Of a DNA stretch of 64,000 nt, positions 13,264-26,176 are shown one piece after another. Below the pieces are notes generated by a model. The model was not told where the DNA came from, made no database searches, and saw only the letters and a program-made list of their open reading frames with translations. Each line of letters starts with the position of its first letter. Within the stretch, counting starts at the first letter, position 1. Both the position numbers and the translations under genes were made by a program. The stretch is from Marsupella aquatica. Taxonomy: Eukaryota; Plantae; Marchantiophyta. The stretch lies in NCBI GenBank assembly GCA_973895155.1, contig OZ316894.1, forward strand, positions 27,024,340-27,088,339, given 5' to 3'.

Positions 13264-13670
13264 GGGTAATCTAATAATCGAGTAATGTACAACTAAGGTT
13301 AATGTTAGGAATACATCTGAACCTCGGGGTAATCCAATCACGAAGCAATGTACTAGACAGGTTAATCTTAGGATATTGTGCCATACACACGGATACGAAA
13401 GTTGGGGTAATCTTATCCATCAATAAATGTACATTAATTAATGTTCAAGATTTGTGCCATACACATGGATACAAAAGCTGGGGTAGTCCTACACAAGGAT
13501 ACGAAACGCAAGTCGGGGTAATCTTATAATTAATAAAGTACTAGTAACGTTAATGTCCGGAAATTGGCCACACCCATGGATACAAAAGCTGGGGTAATCC
13601 TACACATAGATACAAAGCAAATGCCGGGGTATCCTACGCATAGATACGAAGCAAATGCTGGGGTAATCCA
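13264..13670. repeat. Cluster of about 8 GGGGTAATC motifs in degenerate ~35-bp units
   Basis: Recurring gatac(a/g)aa...ggggtaatc(c/t) blocks. Confidence 0.75.
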
Positions 13671-14807
13671 ATAATTAATTAAAGTATGAATGAATGTATT
13701 CAGGAATGTACTAAGCCGGGCTGTAAAAATGTGGGGTTTTACATACATGGACACAAAGACTATAAACGCGACGACATGATGTAATCATGCAGGTTAGGTA
13801 AAGTAGGAAGGCTGTTTGTTACACCAACAGTCTTCGGCCACAAATGAGGTGTTGTACAACACATTTGTTATGTTGTACAACCATCTATTTGAGTAGTGTT
13901 TTTTATCTAAATGCCAATGTCCAATGCAAGGGAAAATTGGCAGGTCATGTGGGACTGGGGAAAAATATATTTTGTTTATGTGAAGTGTGCCTCACATGTC
14001 GCTTCTAGGTTCCAAAAATCTAGGGTTGACGGTAAAAATAAACGACGACACCAGAATGGGGTAGGGGGAGTTTAGGGTCCATTTATATTGAATGTAATGA
14101 GAGAATTGTTTACTAGAATAAATGGTACCCCATATTTTAATAATGTGTCTATTGGTCAATACCCAGGAAAGAAAATACCGTCCTATCTTCTTTGCATTTC
14201 AACCGACGCACTGTAATGCTTGCCTTTCTGGGGAACAAGGTAGCCAAAATAAATTCACTGAAGAGAATAGATACGTTCAAAACTCCCGACTTTAATTTAC
14301 AAATACTACAAAAAAATATTTGACTCTTACCTGAAGTTTTCCTATTGTCTAAAATCTTAAAGTTTCCCTTTCTTGAAGCTCAAATTGTTTTTCCTTCCCT
14401 GCCCTCCCTCAGGTTTAATTTTTTCCCTAGCGCCTGAAGTTGGAGTTTTTTTCCTTCCCTCCTGGAGGTGAAGTTTTTTTTTCTTCCTGGAAAAAGCTGA
14501 ATTTTTTTTGCTTGCTTTGGTTTTTGCTATTTTTCTTCTCTCCCACTTTCACATTATGTAGGTTTACATCATGTGTGAAAAAAACTAGGATACAACGTAT
14601 GGATTTGATAAAAAAAATCACCCCTGGTTTAGGGAACTAAAACAGAGCAGGTAAATTTAGGCATGTACTTCGGCCAGTATTTGTCCATGCAATACCCAAA
14701 ATGTTGGTCTCGTGAGGTTTAGGGTCTTTTCAGTACGTTCGGAGTCCTTCTGCCGGCGCGGGGCGCCTTCATGGGGTTCCCTGCCCGCTTTGTTGCTTGC
14801 TATGACT

Positions 14808-15361
14808 AATAAAAGTACCCTCATTAATAAGAGTACCCTCATGCACAAGGCCCAACACAAGGGTACCCTTAGGAGTCAGATAAGAGTACCCTCACTGATA
14901 AGGGTACCCTCATTATCAAAGTACCATTGTTGATAAGCGTACCCAATTATAAGAGTACTCTTGTTGATATAAGAGTACCCTCATTGATAAGAGTACCCTC
15001 ATACGCAAGGGTACCCTCAGGAAATAAGAGTATCCTCATTGATAAGGGTACCCTCAGGAAATAAGAGTATCCTCATTGATAAGGGTACCCTCGTTGATCA
15101 AAGTACCATTATTGATAAGCGTACCCATTGATAAGAGTACTCTTGCTGATATAAGAGTACCCTCATTGATAAGAGTACCCTCATATGCAAGGGTACCCTC
15201 AGGAAATAAGAGTATCCTCATTGATAAGGGTACCCTCGTTGATCAAAGTACCATTATTGATAAGCGTACCCATTGATAAGAGTACCCTCGCTGATAAGAG
15301 TACCCTCACTGATAAGAGTACCCTCAAGCACAAGGGTACCCTCAGGAGATAAGAGTACCCC
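14808..15361. repeat. Minisatellite of ~18-bp GATAAGAGTACCCTC units with a ~145-bp higher-order repeat
   Basis: About 30 monomers; the block gataagggtaccctcgttgatcaaagtacc recurs at 15078 and 15223, with a variant near 14897. Confidence 0.9.
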
Positions 15362-16979
15362 CATTCACACGGGGAGCAATGAAAATAGGGATAATTGTAA
15401 CCACGTCCAAAAAGTGACATCTTTGATAGCCATTCAAAAACACTGTCCTTCAAAACCTCGAGGACTTTAGTTTAAGAACTTTTCTAACTAAAAGTTCAAC
15501 TTGAATGTTTTCATAACAAAGAATCCAATAAAGTGTAAACTTCAATTTTATGGTGTCAATTTTTTTAGATCTTCCCACACTGTAGCAAACAAATCCACAT
15601 AAATTTTTTCAAGATTTTAATTCTAATTCAGTAAAAATTATAATTCCGGTCAAATAGTACACGAACCATTTCAGATCTGAGTACCGAAATGCAGCTGTAA
15701 GTTGTAATTTTTATCATTAGATTTATGAATATTTTAACATGTACTAGGTGGGAAGAAAGGGGGAATTTTGATGTTAAGGTACTCACCTTCATAAATCTAC
15801 TATTGATTTGTCCCAAGGAGTGTACAGTTCTTTCCTTGGTCTTGCCTCAATATTTGTACATGGTGAATTAGGATGATCCTGTCTGCTGGAATTTTATTTG
15901 TTTGCCTTATACTAAAGGTACATACCATGAAGTTAGCCCACCTAAGTTCAAGCTCTGAGGTGCATGATTACGTACATAGTTCCAAGATTCCATTAAGGAA
16001 TGTTAAAGCTGCATAGATGTAACTCAATTATTGCTCAGGTCATAAAACACTATTACAGTCAAGACAAAATCACTATGGGCTACCAAAATACAAATCCCAT
16101 AACACTTTGATTAATTTTTTTGGACTGTAACACTTTGACACGCCCTATTCATCCTTTTGGATTGCTCTACGCTAAAGGTGCACTAAAAGAACTGAAAGAT
16201 TGGGAAAGGCAAAAAATTCATTTTCCTTTGGGCCTTTGTATGCCCGTTTGTATGTCATTCCGGAAGTACTAGGGTTAGGGAGGGGTTTTCTAACTAAGGA
16301 ATCTTAATTACCTGCATCTTGTGGGCTGAGATTTTAGCTTTTTGTCATATCCCAATCCGACACACTATGAAATTAGTCTGCCTGAGTTCAAGCTTAGAGG
16401 TGTGCAGGATTACACAGTTCCAATATTTGGCTCCTGCTCTACACCAAAGGCACACTGAAAGAATGGGAAAGGGTGGAGCCGTGGCTCCTCGTGTGGCTCC
16501 CACTCTATGCTAGAAAGGAAAATGTCGCAATAGGAATTTATGTCATACAGAGGTGTACTGAAAGAAAGGGAATGGGCAAAAAATTCCTTCTCCCTGGGCT
16601 TGTGTATAACATTCTAGACACACTGGATGGGTCTCCTCAAGAATGTAAGTACCTAGGCTGGTGCAAGGGGAGAGAGCATTGGTGGTAGATTAAGAGCTTC
16701 GAATATATGTATTCATGAAGACACAAAAAGTATTGTTAATTTGGTCTTGCTTCCTATTGGCTAAGACCAATTCAAGCATGGAAGCCTTAATTAGGGACAC
16801 TTGTACTTAGTTAGTGCCCGCTTCTTGTTAGGTGATTCATAGGAATCCACATTATTATCCCTCTAGAGCAAATCTTTGGTGACGGCTTGGATCATAGAAT
16901 GAGCGTGAATATTATACTGTAGTTAAACATAATTGTACAGATTGAATAGTTAAACATAATTGTACGGATTGAATCACAC

Positions 16980-17465
16980 TAGATTTATTACAAAACATAG
17001 CTACGTGTCTCTAGATCTAGTTCCCCTACAATTGTTTCTAGTTGAACCAAGGTTGATGGGTAGGGACAGTACATGGGTTTGTGCGTGCATAGACTTTGTG
17101 GATCTTCCTCGAAGTGGTGGATTTCATTTGTGCCTATCACCATAGTAACCGGATATCTGGACTCAAATGCATTTTAGCATGTTGAGCAATGGATGTTAAT
17201 TACTTGGTGTTATTGACACTGTACACCAGATTTATTACTGTACATGTCTATGTGCCTCTGGATCTAGTTCCCTACAATTCTTTCTAGTTGAACCCAAGGT
17301 TGACAAGTAGGGACAGTGGGTTCATGTGTGCATAGACATTGTGAATTTTCCCGAGGAAGTGGCGGATTTCATTCGCGCCAATCACCATAGCACCCGAATA
17401 TCCGGACTCAAATGCATTTTAGCATTCTTGGTGATGAATGTTAATTACTTGGTGTTATTGACACT
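16980..17465. repeat. Diverged ~245-bp tandem duplication
   Basis: Two copies of agatttatta...gatctagttccc...ggactcaaatgcattttagcat...ttattgacact; a 27-bp tandem pair lies just upstream. Confidence 0.8.
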
Positions 17466-17632
17466 ATTGTAATGGGCTCGTAGACTATTGTAAGAACCTG
17501 GGGAGCACGACCATTCCATTGTCACCACAGTCTAGCATGACATTTGTCTACATATCAAACTGATATCAAACCAAGATAGTGTGCCACCAGAGGTTTGGTG
17601 TACATGCCTACTAGTGGGAAGAAGGGACAACG

Positions 17633-20600
17633 ATGTCTTCCAAGCCTATGGCGATGCCAACATTCTATTTTATCCCACCACTTGTGGTGACGACATTGTG
17701 TCAAGCGCGACATTCAGAATATCTTCAGCACAATGGGCTTGCAGATTTTGTTTTGGGAGTTCGTTGGGACACTAAGAGTCATTCTAAGTCTGACATGATA
17801 GATTTCATCCGGAACTTTGACAGTGAACAATCTGAAACATGGGTTTGTGGGGGAAGAATAGACTTGAGTTTGGATTCTATCAAGAAGACATTCAAGTTGC
17901 AAGGGTCAGGGGAGCCATTTGAGCAAAAAGCAGTTTGATATAATCCAAGGTCATTCGCAAGGATTAAAAGGAACATCAATGGTTCTTACTCATTGCAATA
18001 TTGCAAAGATTCCCTAATCAGAGAGAGGCTAGAGTTTCAATTGGGGGCTCTTCACTTTAAGGGGAGCAGGGCCGATGTGTCTTTGTGCCAGATAAAGCAA
18101 GTTGAAGAACAAGTAGTAGGAAGAATTGGGGAGAATATCTTGGCGGGAGACTGATTGACCTCCTCTGCAGAGCCCGGAAACAAATCTCCGAAGGTAACAT
18201 GACTTGCACTTACAATTTTGGATCCCATCTGCAAATTCTGTTGAGTGAGAAGTCCCCTTCAATTGTGTCTTTGCCAAGGCCACAAGTATTCCATTGGAAA
18301 ACATCTACTCAAGTGGGTGTGGAGCATCATGGAGTGGAAAACCACGGGATGGAGGAGAACTGCACAGGACAAAAACATCTCACAATGCATCTGCAAATTG
18401 TGAACGACGATGATGCAATGTCAGGACATGCCAAAGGAACTATTGTTTCTAGTGTGCATGAGGGTGATCCATGTAGCAGTGGAGGACTTCTCGGGCTATT
18501 CTCAACTAGTGGAGCAGAGCCGCAAGGTCAACAAGATGGTTCTTTTGTGAACGGACACCAAGATGGTTCTTTGTTCAATCGAGCTTGTGACAATGAGATG
18601 GTGACAAAGGTTAGGATAATCCATGAAGATCATGCAACGTCCATGAAGACATTGAGTCTTCAAGAGACAGAACCTTTGTCGGGGGGTAAAGAACATGAAA
18701 TATCAGGGAAGACATTGGGCAAAGCGGAAGCAACGCCTGGAACAGAGGATAGAGAACAGGAAAAATTGAAGACAAAATTTGGTATCGAGTTGACAACAAC
18801 TGGTACAGAGTTGCTGGAGCACTCCGACATATTTACACTAAAGAATGTATTCCCCTTGAGCATTTGAGAAGCTTCAAAAATAGTCAGATCTTGTTGTACA
18901 TCATGCCTGTGCTTGATGGAGGTTGTAGGTGAGTTGAAAATAGAGAAAGAGCGCCAGAAAGACTGGAATGAGAAGATGACAACCACCTTGGAGTTACAGA
19001 CAGAGAGGAACGAAACAATACTGACCAACTTGAGGATGCAAGTAGAGGCAAACAACACAATAGGTGTCAAGTTGGAGCTACTCCTACAGAGGAATGAAAT
19101 GATGGTGACCACCTTGGCCGCAGTTCGTAGGGATGTGGATACTTTGAAAGACAAGTATGAAAGTGTTGTCGAGGAAGTCCGAGTTGAGCTTCAGGTATTT
19201 ATTTGGATCAACCTTGGGTAACTTAGCTCATGATTCTCTCCCTTCCCCTCCTCCTCCAAAGGATTGTTTTCTTAAATGTCTTATTAAATAGTTGGTTTAA
19301 TTTGCACCGCTCGATGGAGTGGTGCACAAAATTTTTGGGATTTTTCCATTGGTTTTGTCCCGCACTCACAGGCTAGGAGACAGATGCATTGTTTTAACAA
19401 TGTTTGGGCCTTGTCTTCTCTCACTAGCTATCAGATTTGGTAAAAGGTGGGACTGATTTGTTGTTTGCTGCAAGTCATTGTGAATATACATATTGTGGTG
19501 GAGAAATATCATTTCCGTTAATTGGATGGTTGTATTTGCAGTCTAAATTGGATCACTATAGAAAAAGGCGGGTGGAGATTGGAACAGGTAAAGAGAATTT
19601 GATAGATGAGAATGAAGGAGCTCCTGTGGAGGTGGCCAACCAGCAGATCATGGCGCCTGTATTGTTGCCAAAGCAGGCATCCTCCCAACCAGTGTATGGT
19701 ATGTAGTGCTCACCAATGTCATAGTTCAACTCATATGTAGTCTTACAGTTTGACCAAAATTGCACTAGAACTAGCATTGATTAGTTCAGATTGATAGTGT
19801 ATAGAGTAGTTTCAGACTCCTAGGTCTTTGTATGTGCTGTTGATGGAGAATTGAAGTCTCTAATGTGGTGTTTTTTTGTGACAAAGGTGAGCACAGAGGT
19901 TAATATGCTCAACAGAGGAATTACTACTAGCAAAATGCAACAATCATCAAATGAAGTCCAACACCTAATTCATCCGGAAGAACAGAGATTAGTTGAGCTT
20001 CCAGCCCCACAGAGTGAGAATTACAAAGGCATTTGTGATATGGGGAAGAACTTAGGGAGAAAATGAATTATAGATTTGCTAAATCCTCCTTCTCGGTCCC
20101 TAATCACCCCGTTCCAATCCAAAGACAAAGCAGAGGAGGGCAATCTAGCAACTTCGAGTGCCAAGGTGAGGTGGTCCGCAGGAAACTTCATTGTTTTTAA
20201 TCATTGGTGACAACAACATCTATCTTGTACAGTATGGAAGATGTACTGTATTTTGTAATGTTTGCAATCCTTGCTGGAGTATTACAAATTGGATGTCTTT
20301 GCAGGGCACAGGGAAGGAGGATACGTCCAGCCCGTCATCTAAGAGGTTGAGGCTGCATCAAGATTGTATTGGAATACAAAATTCCAAATTGATCACCCAG
20401 GCAGTCATGAAAGAAGGCCCCAATGGTCTAATACGTGTTCGTAGGGCAACTAAAAGGTGGTCTAAAGAGGAAACAAATTGTCTCAAACAGGCAGTCCGCA
20501 GGCAAGTAGAGAACCTATGACTTATCAATCAAAATGCATTGACGTAATATCTTACCTAGCTGGTATTAATTGGTGTTTTTCTCTAAGAACAAGAGGTTTT

Positions 20601-20847
20601 CTAAGCCAAGGTTAATTTCAGGTTTGGACCAGGCAAGTGGAGTCGAATTCTTGCTGCCGAGGGTGCACACTTCATTGACCGGTCTGAAGTAAGTCTTCTA
20701 TGGTTATATCCTGCTTTTTGTATTACTGTATTTACCCTTGCACACAAGACAAATTGCATGCTCATCTATCATGTTTTATTGACTTTGACACAGATTGATC
20801 TGAAAGACAAGTGGCGAAACCTTCAAACAAAAGATTTAAAGGATTAA
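17633..20847 (+). pseudogene. Spliced gene: N-terminal transposon-related domain, coiled coil, C-terminal telobox (TRF-like) Myb domain
   Basis: Introns 20502-20621 (GC-AG) and 20689-20793 give RRATKRWSKEETNCLKQAVRR-FGPGKWSRILAAEGAHFIDRSE-IDLKDKWRNL. LKDKWRN is the telobox signature. Coiled coil at 18913-19194; several stops and frameshifts in exon 1. Confidence 0.8.
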
Positions 20848-22153
20848 AGGACCATAGGGCGGGACCATACCCTGTGTCAAGCCTCGAATGAGTGAATGCC
20901 ACCAAGGAATGAAATTTCTCATGGTCGTGCAAGTACGGATGGATGAGGGAGATGAGGGAGAGCTATTGAACTACATTTTGGAGATTAATTACATTCATTT
21001 GAAGATTTTTGGCTGATCTTTGAGAGAACTTAGTGTTATAAGTTGGTCTGGACACACATTCTTGGTTGTGTGCTTGTGCATAATTATTGTAAATAATGTG
21101 TTCCATGTCCTGATGTTCAATTAAGTTGAATACACAGTTTAAATTGAATGATGCAAGTCAGAGCAATGAACAAATTTGATCGGGAAGTGACATAGAAAGC
21201 CATAAACTTTTGTACTAGATCTCTTCGGATGAGAGTACCAAACAAGAGTGCCAATAGGGCGTGTCAAAACACAGCCATAAGCCCTGTCCACTGTCAGTCC
21301 CTCTTTCAAATAGCCGTAAAACAAAGTTACGGGAATTTTAAGGGCAGAAGTTGATCAGGTACTTTGACACGTCCTGTAAGAACTAGTTATGGGGTAGAAA
21401 AGAATCTTAAGGATGGTGACAAAGTTGCAGGTGTTATCACCATCGCAGGCTGTCAATGAGTCTTCAAGAGAAATTTTTGGTCTTAGCAACAAAGTAAATG
21501 TAGTGGCAATCAAATCCAGAATAGAAAGCGTTGGCCAGAATCAGAACAGCAGAAATTTGGACGGCGCATCGTCGTAACTTTTGCCACTGTGTTGAACCTA
21601 GGAATTTAATAACTTCTGAGACAATTGAGCGCCTCAAAACTATTTCGACAGGCGTAGTCACAATTCTGCACTCAAAGCTAAGAGAGACTCTGAAATTAAG
21701 CACTCAAAGCTAATAGAGACACCAACATTGAAGTAGAGATGAGTAAAAAACAATAGTTGTTCAATTGCGCTTGCACAGAGATTAGCATTTTAGTTTCATG
21801 TGATGTGCAATAGATTGTTACATGTGGGGATTTGTCACCAACATACTTCTAAAATCAAATCCATTGTTTGAAAGTCTGTTAAAATGAGCAAAGGACATCC
21901 AAGAGCAAGCAATTTCTATTCCCCGTAGAATCTCGGTTTCAGAACTGTTTGTTCTTTGTCAAAACTAAATTCATGTAATATGGAAGAACAAGTAGCAAAC
22001 AATTAGAAGAATTCCTTGCTCGAGAGTGTCTGTAGAACAATTTTGGGAGACAACCATCCATCACCACAATTCACAACTCGACGTAGCAGCCATGTCGGTG
22101 AGCTCGCTCACCGTCACCTATGCGGCTCTCATCATTAAATAAGAACCGCAAAC

Positions 22154-24029
22154 AGGAGCTTTAGGCTGCTTTCCCTCGGCTTCGGGACTCGAGGCTCCTA
22201 CATACATTCAAACCCCCGGCTCGTGTTCCGGCCTCCTTCTTTCCTTGGCTCTGATAAAAGGGTTTTCCCTTGTAAGTCGGCTTGGGCCGACTTCTGGAGC
22301 AGTGTTCAGTACCGGTGCCGTTGCCGTTGCTATTCTCTTTTCCTTCTCCAACAATTTCAGCAGATTCTGCATGCTTGGTTGCTGCATCGGCAAGTCTTCC
22401 GTCCTTGGCCTAAACACCTGGTCGATTGTAGGACTGTCGGGCTGGTTGGGTTTCTCTGTTGCCGGCCTTTGTTTCGGAACCTCCTCTGGTGCCCTTGCCT
22501 GCAGGGGAAGTACCGGGGCAAAGATCTGACTTCGGGCATACCGGCACAACAGCGGCATGTGATAACCAAGCCAAGACACGCTTCCCTTGCCAATAACCTG
22601 TTGTTCCTCCTTCAAGATCTTCTTTAGTTGGGTGAGGAGGTACCCGTTGTAGTCCCGGCTTGGGTCTGGTCTCTCCGCCAGGTAGACTTGTGCCTTGCCA
22701 ATCTCTAGCCTCGGCAAGTTGCAGTGCATGGTTACCCACAAGAAATCGATTATCTCTCCTATGTGCGGGTTGGTGCAGGTGTTCCGAAAGAAGCCATTCT
22801 TCATTGATGGCCCTGGGAACGATCGGAACTCCTTGTCTGGCAAGGTCTTCCGGGTATCTACTTTGGTCTTATTGCCCATCGGTAAGCCAAACACTTTGGC
22901 AATCACTCGGGGAGTGAGATAGAAATCCTTCCCATACACCCTTGTGGAATTGGTCTCGGGCTCCCAAGATCCCACAAATTCTAATAAGTCTGAATCCGAC
23001 ACCTCCGGCTTCAGCCATGGTAATTTCATGAAGGCTTCCAAGTCGGATCCGGCCATGAAGCCTTGGTACTTCCAAGTCTGCATAGCCGTAAAGCATGCAT
23101 CCTCTTCACGTGCAAAGTGTAATTGCACTTCCTCGGGGAGGGTCGCAGCCCAGCCTTTCCAGGTGTCATCTCTTGTCGGAACGACATTGATGGGATCGAC
23201 CTCCTCTTCTTTGGCTTCTTCCTGCCTCCTGCTCCCTTGCTTGGCTGGCTTCCTTCGTGCCGCTGACCTCGTTCTCTTCGCAGGGGTGGTCTCTTCGTTG
23301 GCATTCCCTTTCCTTTTCATAGCTGCTGCCGTGGATATTTCTCCGAGGACGGTTGCCTTCGTCCACCCCTCCGTGCTACCCTTCAACTCCCAGTGTATGT
23401 CGTTGCAGCGGTTGATGGCTTCCCGGATGCCGACTATTCTGTTCTCACAAAATAGAAGGTCATCAAGTTTGTCGCCAGTAGGTGTCCACAGGAATTCAAC
23501 CGTGATGAGTTCTCCTCCTAAGAAGGCAGACTTCTACAGCTCCCACAGTCGAGCGAGCTCCTACTGTTCTCGAGCGGCTCTTTCCGATTCTTCATCCTCG
23601 TAGGTCCCAATGTACTCAGTTGCCCGTTCTAATAGGCATCCCCAAAAATGAGCAGCTTGATTGACGTTGCTCATACCCTTCTTTGAATTGATAGTTGGTA
23701 TCTGCTCCCGCCCCAAGTGCTTGCCTAAGCAGCTGATAGTAGTTGGCTTCACGTAGTTGTATGCTTAGTTCGTGCTTGCAAATGAGCACCCCCCTCCTGC
23801 CTGGTCTTCCTTCCCGTTAGTTACCCATAGCCGCCGGTACTTAGCGCGCCCTAACCCTAATCGTGTTCCCTCTCCCGACGTCCTTACTTCCGGCCTCGGC
23901 TCGGGTTCCATAGTTACCCTCAATTGTTTATATTTTTCTTGTTTTTTGTTACTATACTAATGTGTTTCTAGGGTACACTCTTGTTTTTACCATTTAAACT
24001 GGCCTAGTGATTCCTGGCTAGGCATCACA
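22154..24029 (-). mobile_element. Truncated, diverged LTR of the same gypsy family (first ~1.9 kb including part of the LTR ORF)
   Basis: Begins TGTGATGCCTAG at 24029 on the minus strand, like 42210. ORFs 23561..23752 and 22208..23386 align with the 1220-aa LTR protein; homology stops near 22154. Confidence 0.93.
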
Positions 24030-24272
24030 CCTTCCACCTCCCCGTTGCACGACTATCGTGTAGAGCCTCTTGCTGCGCTGCGGCGATTGCCTCCCTTCTG
24101 CCTCTCCTAGAACTTCACTCATGGGTTTCACCTCTTTCTGGCTATCCTTGGAATCCAATTGCGACACCCGATTCCTGGCTTTACAGCAATCAGGACGTGT
24201 GACCCTAAACCCTAAAGTTTTGTGGCCATGGAGTGTAAACTACAACAAGAAATGAAGAAGATAATCAACAGG

Positions 24273-24473
24273 AATTACCACTAACACCAACTTATAAGTT
24301 GGAAAAGACAATATTAGCTGATAAGGGAGAAATGGTACAAATTACCACTAACACCAACTTATAAGTCAGAAAAGACAATATTAGCTGATAAGGGAGCAAT
24401 GGTTTAAATATAAAAGGAACCAAGATTAAGAATGTATTATTGGATGGTAGTTCAGCAATTAATTTAATGAGCT
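24273..24473 (+). mobile_element. 67-bp tandem duplication followed by a retroelement aspartic-protease remnant
   Basis: Repeat starts at 24273 and 24340; then LNIKGTKIKNVLLDGSSAINLMS*. Confidence 0.55.
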
Positions 24474-26176
24474 AACAATCCTTGTAGAATTCACAATCTG
24501 CTAAGAATTACTTGTCGTAGTGGCTTAGGATTGCTGAATTGCTCTAGTTGCATTTCGGGGAGTTGGTATCGAGCTGTGCGTCGTAGCTACATGTTGACGA
24601 ATCCAGTGATCCCTGTTAGGTTCACGTTACCACTTTTACACGGCCTCTCGTCATGTCCTTTGGGCAGAGAATTCCTAGTAAGGCCCTAGCTGTACTGGAT
24701 GTTCTTCTGCGTTTCGACCTTAGATTGCTGGGCAACTATACTTCTCACCTCTGAGCGCCCAAGGAAGCGGGACATAATCTCTTTTTCAGCCCGAGATACT
24801 GTCCATCCTGGTTCAAGTCATGCTCATTTCTTGCATGACGTCTCCTGCTGCCCGTCTCCTGATTTCCTGTCACAATCTGGATCAATTTTGTTTCCACTTG
24901 CTTCAACTTGTTGTTCTGAATGAATTGTCAAGCCTGCCCAATTTGCTACGTACACGGTCTGCATAACACTTGTTCACAAGTTCTTCTTTGAAAAAATGTC
25001 TTCAATTCTTCGTTTGGTATGCAGGACACTTCAGTTGGAAAGGGTTCTTTCTTGGAGGGCGATAAATAAGAGCACTCGCGCCATAGTTTTTCAAAGGGCA
25101 ATGTGCAGGTATGACGATGGGTTGCTTTGGGGTTTGGATGGAAGATCTTCTCATACTTTTTCTTCTCAAAACTTGTAGTTTTGATTCTCGAGTTTTGATG
25201 GCAAAGCTGGGATGATTTGTAAAAGAGTCCAGCAGGAGGAATTGATTCTGGAGAAGATACCGCTACTGCTATGCTTCTAGGGCTTCCTCCAACTGTTACG
25301 CTGAGCTGAGATTCCTCTGCCCGGGCAAGGTTTCCCCAACAGAGCCTTTGTGTAATGAATATTCTTTCCTTAGTCAATGGGAAGGAAAGATGAGACTTGA
25401 AATTTGACGGCTCTGCAAGATTGCACTACTTAGACTGATTTGAACCTTTGTCAAACAGGTAAGATCATATTTCTCAAAACTATACCATTGAGCTCCGTAT
25501 TCCCGGCACGGGAACAAAGCTGACTCGATGGAACTTTTGGATATGGACCGCTTTAGGCAACAGTCCTCAGCCAGGTATGATTAATTTTGTATGCATGTCA
25601 TTTTGTTGGATTTGATGTGACCAAACGACCTTGAATACATTCTCAACAAAGACGTTTGATTTGCAGAGTTTATCCTTCATCTTCCGGTTTGATTGGTATT
25701 GGCATTCGCCATTGTTCTTGTACACGGCCTTCAGGTAATGAGACTGAAGAGCAATTTCAACGTTATGCGTACCTACTTTTAAACAGAAACTCTTGTTCGA
25801 GCACCACGGTGTGACATTTATAGTTGCGGGAATTTCCTGCTATGAGGCTTATGTGATCAAGACTTGAGTTGAACTTGAAGTTTGATTCCTTTTTCGTGTT
25901 AAGAAGCACAGGGTGGGCTGGGGGGAGGGGAGGGGAGGCTGTTACATTCATGTCGTATGTGTCTTTTCACGGATTTTATAAGAGCCAAGTTCAAGAATGA
26001 TGGATAGCCTTTATTTCTGAATTGTAGGAGAGGGAGGGAAGCGCTTTCACGTTCATGTCATCTGTGTCTAATCACGATGGATTCTACAGATGAAGGCTAG
26101 GCTTTATTTCTAAGTAGTCTCTTTTCATAAACCTGAGGTTCTGGTTTGTGTATAGCGCAGAAAGGACAGTGTAGGC

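Noticed and set aside
14808-15361. CRISPR-like array
   Set aside because: No unique spacers, monomers abut and recur in higher-order blocks, no cas genes, eukaryotic context.
21100-22150. Copia integrase remnant
   Set aside because: Only vague resemblance; no catalytic motif recovered.
24030-24045. Purine-rich tract before the truncated LTR as a PPT
   Set aside because: The adjacent sequence does not match the integrase end of the full element; may be chance.
24700-25950. Minus-strand ORFs and small plus-strand exon-like blocks
   Set aside because: No domain recognised; may be 5' UTR exons of the PPR gene but cannot be shown from sequence.
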